Shown: positions 6,870-14,014 of the stretch, in pieces
Layout of the letters: each line of letters begins with the position of its first letter
Numbering within the stretch: the first letter of the stretch is position 1
Assembly: GCA_005888675.1 (NCBI GenBank)
Contig: VBBA01000146.1
Coordinates: 1-28,084, forward strand
DNA: 28,084 bases
Origin: Candidatus Bathyarchaeota archaeon
GTDB lineage: Archaea; Thermoproteota; Bathyarchaeia; 40CM-2-53-6
Reading direction: 5' to 3'
The notes under the pieces: generated by a model
Told to the model about the DNA's origin: nothing
Databases searched by the model: none
The model's input: the letters and a program-made list of their open reading frames with translations, nothing else
Made by a program: the position numbers and the translations under genes

Positions 6870-8695
6870 GAGACTGGACTCCATGAAGGGGTGGTCTCGT
6901 CGTCAATTCTGGCTTCGGACTTGTCGCTTGGTTGTGAGCTACTCTGAAGTGATCTGATGCTTCTAAGGCCGTCTTGTCCGTATCGCAGGTTGTACCTGAA
7001 AAGCCCCCTTAATCCCTGAAGGATCATGTCGTCGATACAGCTATTATTGATTAGAACCAGAGCGGTCGATGAGCCTGATTCTGCCATTTCCATTATCGAA
7101 GAGAGGACTCCATATGACTTTTCGAAACCTTGAGACAGAATTAGGTCCGTGAATGCCTCTATGACGATGGCAACATGCCTACCCTTATGGGCTTGCACTA
7201 CTTTGTCAACAGCGTCGATGAGAAGGGATGTGTCCCTATCCGGAAGAAGAACCTGTCCTTCTGTAGCTCTGGATGGTGTCGAGATCTTGGAGCTGAAGAC
7301 GAAGAGTCGGATGTTCTGCCTCTGTTGGAGTTGCTTATACACAGGGCTTCCAAGGTTCGTGAAGACCGCGACAGGTTCGACGTTGGAAACAAACTCTCCA
7401 GCGAACTCTTTCACTACTTCTTCGTATCCCGAAACGGGATCGTATTCCAAAAGAATTCTTGTTCCAAGGAGGGATTGATGCCTTGTTCCTAATCTTTGTG
7501 AGAATACGTTTTGGTTCGCTGCGAGATCGACGATTGTAACGCTTGGGTCAAGCTTGGCGATGTCATCAAGGACATTCTTTCTGCCGGCGTCTATACTAAG
7601 TGTCCAGACTCTTGCCTGTGGAGATCGTCCTGTCTGATCGATGCGATGTCTTTCCTCCACGAAGCGTCTGCACTGTGCTACATCCAGATCTCCGAAGTCA
7701 ATGAGTTCGCGTCTTGATTTCGAGACCTCCATGCTGGAGATTGCATCGAGGCCTGACGACTCGATCGGTCGTATGGTGACCTTCGACTCTCTTTGTTGGG
7801 CTTCCTGAGGATAGATTTCCTGAAGCAGTACCCTATAGAAAGGAACCTCGCTCTTTGTGACATAGCAAAATATCGGGTCGGTTGACTCAGCTCCAGTTTC
7901 AAGGAACTCCTCGACAATCCTACGCCGATCAGATTCCATGTTGTAGATCACGACTCCGCTCTTTGCCGCCCCGAAGTAGAAACCACGATCGGACTGTGAC
8001 GGGGTCACTAACATTCTACTGAGAACGGTAGGCTCCCTAAGGGCGAATGCGATGAGAGCAAAGAGAGCTCCGTTAGCAAGCTGCGTGGAGCTCTGTACCG
8101 ACGAATAGAGCTCGATGGGACTTGGGGGAACTAATGCTTGAACGAACGCTACAAGCCCAAAGAGTGCCCAAGATATGCTGATCGTTTTGATTGAGGTGGC
8201 GGCTTTGGGATCACGTGTGCCGAGCGATAGCCTGTAGAACGTTAGTACCGGCATGCAGAGGAAGGATACTAGTAGCAGAAAGTTTGCTACGAGAAGGGGC
8301 GGGTCGTACGTGTTGTAATTGAGTCCAAGAGCCAAGGCGGTCCATGCTGCAACGATACCTAAATACACGATAAATTGTGTTGGCGGTCGCATTATGAATT
8401 CTGAGAGACCTTTGAGTCCTGTGAGGCGACTGTTGACTTTCATCATATAACTGGCAAATCCTAGACTTGTCACTGTTACCGAAATCATCGCGAAGTAGAG
8501 GCGCGTCGACCTGTCTACCGGGCCTACATCAACCGCGGTATTTTGGATTAGCAATATTATGAAGGCTAGGTTCGCTAATGCTATGAAAAATCTGGAGCCA
8601 AGGAAATATGTGGACTTCAGGCGCGCCACAAAAAACAGAGCGAGGCTTGAGGTTGCTAGCGCTAGGGCATCTATGGCCAGAATATCTACATTCAA
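6866..8695 (-). CDS. 7TM membrane sensor with cytoplasmic MEDS-like and inactive KaiC/RecA-like (DUF835-like) domains
   Basis: Seven hydrophobic segments in the N-terminal ~220 aa. Then two alpha/beta segments (GVVIYNMESDRRRIVEEFLETG...; RILLEYDPVS...VAIVIEAFTDLILSQG...ALVLIN...LRGLF) lacking a Walker A GxxGxGK. Confidence 0.7.
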   Translation of the reverse strand: MNVDILAIDALALATSSLALFFVARLKSTYFLGSRFFIALANLAFIILLIQNTAVDVGPVDRSTRLYFAMISVTVTSLGFASYMMKVNSRLTGLKGLSEFIMRPPTQFIVYLGIVAAWTALALGLNYNTYDPPLLVANFLLLVSFLCMPVLTFYRLSLGTRDPKAATSIKTISISWALFGLVAFVQALVPPSPIELYSSVQSSTQLANGALFALIAFALREPTVLSRMLVTPSQSDRGFYFGAAKSGVVIYNMESDRRRIVEEFLETGAESTDPIFCYVTKSEVPFYRVLLQEIYPQEAQQRESKVTIRPIESSGLDAISSMEVSKSRRELIDFGDLDVAQCRRFVEERHRIDQTGRSPQARVWTLSIDAGRKNVLDDIAKLDPSVTIVDLAANQNVFSQRLGTRHQSLLGTRILLEYDPVSGYEEVVKEFAGEFVSNVEPVAVFTNLGSPVYKQLQQRQNIRLFVFSSKISTPSRATEGQVLLPDRDTSLLIDAVDKVVQAHKGRHVAIVIEAFTDLILSQGFEKSYGVLSSIMEMAESGSSTALVLINNSCIDDMILQGLRGLFRYNLRYGQDGLRSIRSLQSSSQPSDKSEARIDDETTPSWSPVS

Positions 8696-8907
8696 GGGCT
8701 GGAAGCCTCCTGTTTCCTCTCTATTGTGTTCTCGTCCTCTTTTTTCATCTCGTAAACGAGCCGGACAGTTTCGCTGTCTTCGTCCAACCTGAGATGAAAA
8801 TGCGAGGAAGAACCGACCCCAACGAGCCGTGCAATGTCAACCGGGATAAGGAGGTAGAGGCTGTCACGAAGCTTGACAGGCTTTACCCGTAACGGCGTTA
8901 TTCCCAC
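8692..8907 (-). CDS. AbrB/MazE/SpoVT-like small DNA-binding protein
   Basis: KLRDSLYLLIPVDIARLVGV...FHLRLD...RLVY swapped-hairpin pattern; GGGAG RBS; TTGA overlap with the downstream gene. Confidence 0.75.
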   Translation of the reverse strand: MGITPLRVKPVKLRDSLYLLIPVDIARLVGVGSSSHFHLRLDEDSETVRLVYEMKKEDENTIERKQEASSP

Positions 8908-8991
8908 TGCTCCCTTAGGCGTTTGCTTAGTAGCTGCAAAGTCTGGGGGTTCCCTTTGGGGCCTACGTAACCGATAGGCTTGGCGACTCGG

Positions 8992-10008
8992 TTACAGCGT
9001 AAGGTCAGTTGACGTTTCTTCTTCAGTATTGTCTTCGGCCAATCCTTCCCATCCGAATCTTTCCTTCAGCTGGTCCGCCGCATCTTCTGGACTGTTTGCC
9101 TCAATGATTGTCATTCTGTATAGCGTCGCAAGCCTCTTGGCCTTAGCGGTGAGACCGGGGATCGAGACAAGGAATGCCTGAGTTGGAGACACGTCGAAAA
9201 TCTTAGCGTATAATGAAGCTACGGGTACTTCGTCAATTGGTTTATCCGAGAAGATCAAATCCAAGACAATTGTCTCGCTGCCTTTGGATCCCGTAATGTC
9301 GAATCTTTGTAGGGAACCAGATCTGCCCGCGATCTGTCCCGGGAGATCAGTCCTGAAGCCTAGATCTTCGAGAACTCGGGCGATTGGTTTTATGACAAGG
9401 AACACACGCTTGAACTCGTCCTCAGCGTCTAGGCTGAGACGGTACGTGTAGAGGTTAATGAATCCTGTATCTTTTATTGTAAACGCGTGCCCGCAATTTC
9501 TACACCTGTGAACAGGATTGGGCATGTCGGACCTTTTTCCACATTGATCGCATTGGAACCATGCCCCTAGCTTGTGATAATCAACCCCCGGCTCAACCAG
9601 TTCCTTGTTACACTTAGGGCATATGAGACCTCCTTCCACGAGAAAACTATCAATGCTGTCCACCGTCCCGCAAGCCACGTGCTCGAGAAGCGTTTTCCGT
9701 TCGATATCGATCGAGTTGCAGTTAGGACAGACGTAATCGTTGCTAACGTTAGCCGAGATACAACTGGGACAAACCAGAGCCTTTTCGTGAAATTTCCTCT
9801 TAAAAACGCCAGCCTCCCAAAGTTTTTCGACCAGTTCTTTCGCGTCCCTGGGATCCCCGTCTACCGACGGCTCAACGTCAGGATATCTTACCGTCATGTA
9901 TAGATCGAAAATCGGGACGAGTTCGATGATCTCTCCTTTCACAAACTTGCTCAGAAGGATCTGGACGTTAGGGTCCTGATAGAGAGATAGACGATCCTTG
10001 GATGTCAC
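8992..10008 (-). CDS. TackOD1-like multi-Zn-ribbon protein fused to a PD-(D/E)xK/Mrr-like nuclease-fold domain
   Basis: CPSC, CPNC, HVAC, CPKC, CDQC and CRNC metal motifs. C-terminal VLEDLGF...GRSGSLQRFDI...IVLDL...LYAKIFDV...AFLVSIP pattern. Confidence 0.75.
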   Translation of the reverse strand: MTSKDRLSLYQDPNVQILLSKFVKGEIIELVPIFDLYMTVRYPDVEPSVDGDPRDAKELVEKLWEAGVFKRKFHEKALVCPSCISANVSNDYVCPNCNSIDIERKTLLEHVACGTVDSIDSFLVEGGLICPKCNKELVEPGVDYHKLGAWFQCDQCGKRSDMPNPVHRCRNCGHAFTIKDTGFINLYTYRLSLDAEDEFKRVFLVIKPIARVLEDLGFRTDLPGQIAGRSGSLQRFDITGSKGSETIVLDLIFSDKPIDEVPVASLYAKIFDVSPTQAFLVSIPGLTAKAKRLATLYRMTIIEANSPEDAADQLKERFGWEGLAEDNTEEETSTDLTL

Positions 10009-10192
10009 TACTGAAGACGCCTTTTTCGCTTTTTCTCCTAACGGCCGACCCGGGTCGTTTCCTACTTCGAGGTGTGACCGTTGGTTCGGTCACCTGCAAC
10101 CTTATTCAGGCGTTGTATCTTGTCTGTCGTCGATGGCGGTATCAGCATGATTATGATAGTGGTTACGGCCCGCTTTGATTTGCGAGTCGCTG

Positions 10193-10963
10193 ATGGCCGC
10201 ATCTTCTGCCAGTCCTGAGAACAATGGCAATCGAAGGACCCCGACAGGGATTCCAGGATTGGACAAATTGTTGAGCGGTGGTCTACCAAAGGGGAGGATC
10301 ATACTCTTGACCGGAGGGCCGGGGACAGGGAAGACCATACTCTCGTCACAGTATCTCGTCAATGGAATCATGGACTATGATGAAAATGGTGTTTACGTGA
10401 GTTTAGACGAGAACAAGCAACATGTTTTCGAGGAAATGGTGGACTTCGGTTGGGATTTGCCCGAGCTTGAGCATCAAAAGCGGCTTATTTTTCTCGAGGC
10501 CAGCCCAATCAGGTATCTCCCAGCCGAAATCAAAGTCGGTAGATTGACGGTAGGTCGAAAGGAGTTCTCGATGGCAACTCTCGTCGAGATGATAAAGACT
10601 AGTGTTAAGGAGATCGATGCGAAAAGGATCGTTGTCGACCCTGTAACCACGCTGGTCTTTCAGTACGATGGCGTCGTAAATCAGAGGAATGCTCTTGTGG
10701 AATTGATCGAGGCGTTGGCGGATACTGGCGCTACTTGTATTATCACCACAGAGTTGAGACGGCCCGGTTTCGAAAGAAACGTCGACTACGAAGAGTATCT
10801 AGCTCATGGTGTCGTATTGCTCCAGCAATTACAGGTGGGGAAGTCCTTGTTGAGAGTCATCCAGATCGAGAAGATGCGAAAGACCCCCGTCGACAATCAG
10901 CCGAGACCATATCGGATAACAGATTCAGGCATTGAGGTTTTCCCGCGAGAGAGCGTCCTTTAG
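10193..10963 (+). CDS. Single-domain KaiC-like (RecA superfamily) ATPase
   Basis: TGIPGLDKLLSGGLP, Walker A GGPGTGKT, catalytic DE, Walker B RIVVDP, arginine finger EKMR. Start chosen at ATG 10193. Confidence 0.93.
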   Translation: MAASSASPENNGNRRTPTGIPGLDKLLSGGLPKGRIILLTGGPGTGKTILSSQYLVNGIMDYDENGVYVSLDENKQHVFEEMVDFGWDLPELEHQKRLIFLEASPIRYLPAEIKVGRLTVGRKEFSMATLVEMIKTSVKEIDAKRIVVDPVTTLVFQYDGVVNQRNALVELIEALADTGATCIITTELRRPGFERNVDYEEYLAHGVVLLQQLQVGKSLLRVIQIEKMRKTPVDNQPRPYRITDSGIEVFPRESVL

Positions 10964-10998
10964 GACGCACACTCGCTTTAGCCTTGCAGCCCCTTGAA

Positions 10999-11589
10999 CT
11001 AGTCGACCCGTATCTGCTTCGACTTTTGCCCGGGCCTTTTTCTCGTGAGCACGAGTTCAAGGACTCCATTCTTGTAACTGGCTCTTGACGTGTCTGGGTC
11101 GACCTCGACGGGTAAGTCGAGTTGCTTGAAGTATTTTCGGTTTGCATTCTCAACCTTTAGTGTCAATGATTTCCCGTTGCACTCGAGGTTGATGTCTGAC
11201 TTCTCAACTCCGGGGAGTTCAGCAACGACCTTCACAACATCGTCTAGAACGATTGTGTCGACGAGAGGTTCCCTCTCCTCGCGAACATCAAGGCCAGCCT
11301 TCGGTATGCCGCCCGCTCCTTTTCGGAGTGATGGCTTGACGTTTCCGAACTCCCTGATTACAGGCTTTCCGTCGGGTCCAACACTGAAAGAGTAGCCGTA
11401 AACAAAAGGACCAATTTCCTTCTCGGTCCCGCCAGTCGGAAGTCTCTTTTCACGTATCATCTCCTTTGGAATCTCAAGATCCTTGAACATCTCTTCGAAA
11501 CTCCGCTCGAATTCTTCCATCAAGTTGGGCATTGGATAGCGCCAGCGTCTTCTGAACCACTCTGGGAAGAAATCCTCGTCGCCGCTCAA
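10999..11589 (-). CDS. hsp20: Archaeal small heat shock protein Hsp20
   Basis: GPFVYGYSFSVGPDGKPVIREFGN, EREPLVD, VVAELPGVEKSDI, ASYKNGVLE. Confidence 0.95.
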   Translation of the reverse strand: MSGDEDFFPEWFRRRWRYPMPNLMEEFERSFEEMFKDLEIPKEMIREKRLPTGGTEKEIGPFVYGYSFSVGPDGKPVIREFGNVKPSLRKGAGGIPKAGLDVREEREPLVDTIVLDDVVKVVAELPGVEKSDINLECNGKSLTLKVENANRKYFKQLDLPVEVDPDTSRASYKNGVLELVLTRKRPGQKSKQIRVD

Positions 11590-11622
11590 TCTTCACAAAC
11601 GCCTCTAAGGTCGGCGTAGTTA

Positions 11623-11646
11623 GGACATTGTCCATTATAACTCTTA
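11623..11646 (-). promoter_or_regulatory. hsp20 promoter (AAGAG-TTATAA) with adjacent palindrome GGACAtTGTCC
   Basis: TTATAA at 11635-11640; odd palindrome at 11623-11633 between the TATA box and the expected TSS. Confidence 0.5.
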
Positions 11647-11739
11647 GACCGGCATAAGGATCGGATCGGCACGAAGCAGTTTCTCTGGCGAGGACCATCA
11701 ACAACGCATAAACGATGCCTCACTCACAGGGTCAATATC

Positions 11740-12144
11740 TTGACCCGGGCTTCGATTGAAACAGGGAAGATTACACTGGAGGATTTCCACGACCACGTCG
11801 TAGGCCTGATCCGTGTCGAGAGGAAGCCTGACGAGGCGCTAGAGCTACTTAGTAGGCACTACCGGGTTGAGAAGCCTACTCTCAAGATGGGACTCCCAAA
11901 GGGGGAGAACTCAGCGTTGGGATGCTACGTTACTCGTGAGAAGACAATCTACATTTCGACCCAAGAGTATCTTTACGACCCTTACATAATAATACACGAA
12001 TTCTATCATCACCTTCGGAGCGTCACAGGGAAGCATCGTGGCACAGAGAGGCATGCCAGAGACTTCGCACTTGACTTCTTGAAGAAGTCTGGCGCAGCTC
12101 CTACGGGGAGTAAGTATGAACTAGGTCCAGAGCGTGTTAGGTAG
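11740..12144 (+). CDS. Minimal HExxH zincin, ImmA/IrrE (DUF955)-like
   Basis: IIIHEFYHHL plus a downstream TERHARDFA (ExxAxxFA) motif. Confidence 0.7.
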   Translation: MTRASIETGKITLEDFHDHVVGLIRVERKPDEALELLSRHYRVEKPTLKMGLPKGENSALGCYVTREKTIYISTQEYLYDPYIIIHEFYHHLRSVTGKHRGTERHARDFALDFLKKSGAAPTGSKYELGPERVR

Positions 12145-12333
12145 GTTTTTCTCCGTCTGGACCACGATTGGCGGGTGAGCCTTGAAAGTCTCCCCACAGT
12201 GGGGGCACCTTTGTGAGCCCCTCCACATCCTGTAAACCAATCGAAGCATAATGAACGCAAGCCCCGAGACTAAGACAGAGATCAACGCATTATCGGCGTT
12301 GATGATGAAGATGAAGTAGTGGACGTCTACCAT
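12121..12333 (-). CDS. Small membrane protein with CPHC motif
   Basis: One hydrophobic helix followed by RCPHCGETFKAH; GGAGG RBS at 12346-12350; TTTATA at 12428-12433. Confidence 0.6.
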   Translation of the reverse strand: MVDVHYFIFIINADNALISVLVSGLAFIMLRLVYRMWRGSQRCPHCGETFKAHPPIVVQTEKNLPNTLWT

Positions 12334-12459
12334 CGCCAGCGTTGTCCTCCTTGATCTTTGTTGATGCGCCTGTGGAGGGTAGCGTGGGGAGAATTCTCTC
12401 TCATATGCAGTATAGTGCCGTAGCCGCTATAAACCTACCTAAGGAAGTACGAACCGCGT

Positions 12460-12648
12460 CTACTGTCCCTGAGCTTTCGCAGTTTGTGAAGGAGCCAAAA
12501 CCTCGTCAGCATGGGTGATCTTGACTAATCCCTTCAACAGTAATCTATTAGTTATCTTTGCGCAGATGTCGCAGTCTTTGCCTGGACAGTAGCCCTTGAG
12601 AAAGTTCTCACACTTCCATCGGTAGTTCTCGATCTCGGCCGTTGACAT
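12460..12648 (-). CDS. Small Cys-rich protein (C-x7-C-x4-C-x2-C)
   Basis: ATG start; fills the intergenic space without overlap; CENFLKGYCPGKDCDIC. Confidence 0.55.
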   Translation of the reverse strand: MSTAEIENYRWKCENFLKGYCPGKDCDICAKITNRLLLKGLVKITHADEVLAPSQTAKAQGQ

Positions 12649-12659
12649 GTCGAGAATTC

Positions 12660-12699
12660 CTTTAGCTCGATCGATCCTCGGGTGGAGCGAGAGCTAAAG
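12660..12699. other. Strong stem-loop
   Basis: CTTTAGCTC (12660-12668) and GAGCTAAAG (12691-12699) form a perfect 9-bp stem, with inner TCG/CGA and TCC/GGA pairs. Confidence 0.6.
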
Positions 12700-12730
12700 C
12701 GTCGTGTAACTCTGGATGAGGGGTCCTGGG

Positions 12731-13915
12731 TTACCGGATCATAACCTGCTTTCGGGCCTTTGAGCGGCTTTCTAGGTCGCGATACGCCTCGCGCTGTATT
12801 ATGTGCCTCATTATGTCGCTTGTCCCGCCACCTATCATCATGAACCGAGCATCTCTAAAATATCTCTCGACTGGCGTATCACGGGTGTATCCGATTCCTC
12901 CGTGGACCTGAAGGGCACTGTTCGCCACTTCAAAGGAAGCTTCTGTTGCATAGACCTTTGCGATAGCCCCCGCTTTTCGGATGCTCCGGCCCATATCCAA
13001 CAATCTCCCGCTGTTCAGGATCAGCAAACGAGATGCTTCCAATTTGACTGCCATGTCGGCGATTCGGAAACTGATAGCCTGGAATTCACGTATTGGCCGG
13101 CCAAATTGTTCCCTCTTATTGGAATACTCAAGGGCCGCTTCGTAGGCAGCCCTTGCTATTCCCAGCATTTCAGCAGAAACCACAGGTCTCTCTCGATCGA
13201 GCTCGTCGAGAAGTATGTCGAATCCCTGATTCTTTCGGCCGACAAGGTTCTCTGGAGGAAGTTTGACGTTCCGAAAGCGTATGTGAGCGACATTAGCGCC
13301 CCTCATTCCGAGTAATGAGTAAGCTTTGACAACCTTGACGCCAGAGGATTCTCTGGGGACTAAGAAGGCACTCATTCCCCTTCGCCCCCCTTTCTTTCGG
13401 TCAGTAATAGCGAACAGAAAGTATTGGTCCGCTAATCCGCCGTTTGTTATGAACCTCTTCTCGCCATTTAGGACATAACTATCCCCTCTCTGAGCCACCG
13501 TTGTTCTTATTCCTGCCGCGTCGGATCCTGCGAGAGGCTCAGTAAGGGCAAGTGCTCCAATACTCTCTCCCGTTAGGACAGGTCTAAGGAAATCCTTCTT
13601 CTGTTGATTGTTCCCGAAATAGGCCAGGGGAGCAGCGTAAAGAGTCGTAGAGGCGGCTCTTGACATTTCTGTCGCTGCATTGGCGGCCGATATCTCCTCT
13701 GCCACTATTACTTCGGAAACCCATCCTAGTCCTTGGCCCCCGTCACTCTTGGAAAAAGGCGCGCCTAGTAGGTTCTCTCGGCCCATGTCTCGAATTAGTT
13801 CGCGCGGATACTTGCCTGCTTCAACCTCATTCGCTTGGGGAATTACGTGATCCTCGGCGAAGTTTCGGGCCTTGGTTTTGAAGGCTTCTTCATCTTTGGA
13901 CAGAAAGAGGCTCAT
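12731..13915 (-). CDS. Acyl-CoA dehydrogenase (IVD/LCAD-type catalytic Glu position)
   Basis: ALTEPLAGSDAA, LNGEKRFITNG, REQFGRPI, ALQVHGGIGY, IGGGTSDI. Confidence 0.95.
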   Translation of the reverse strand: MSLFLSKDEEAFKTKARNFAEDHVIPQANEVEAGKYPRELIRDMGRENLLGAPFSKSDGGQGLGWVSEVIVAEEISAANAATEMSRAASTTLYAAPLAYFGNNQQKKDFLRPVLTGESIGALALTEPLAGSDAAGIRTTVAQRGDSYVLNGEKRFITNGGLADQYFLFAITDRKKGGRRGMSAFLVPRESSGVKVVKAYSLLGMRGANVAHIRFRNVKLPPENLVGRKNQGFDILLDELDRERPVVSAEMLGIARAAYEAALEYSNKREQFGRPIREFQAISFRIADMAVKLEASRLLILNSGRLLDMGRSIRKAGAIAKVYATEASFEVANSALQVHGGIGYTRDTPVERYFRDARFMMIGGGTSDIMRHIIQREAYRDLESRSKARKQVMIR

Positions 13916-14014
13916 GGATTTGTCTCTGGGGAGAAGAGGCCTACTTTCAAATCTTATTCCTGACAGTAACAGGTTTCCTGAGAATATGGAGGAAAAGGAT
14001 TGGGACGGAAAGTC

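Noticed and set aside
10147-10193. C/D-like words before KaiC (AUGAUUA...UUGA...CUGA)
   Set aside because: No C' box or terminal stem, wrong spacing, and the D-like box overlaps the start codon.
10175-10963. Circadian clock gene kaiC
   Set aside because: Single domain, no KaiA/KaiB nearby, and no Ser-Thr phosphosite pair at the cyanobacterial position (EEYLAHG). It is a generic archaeal KaiC-like ATPase.
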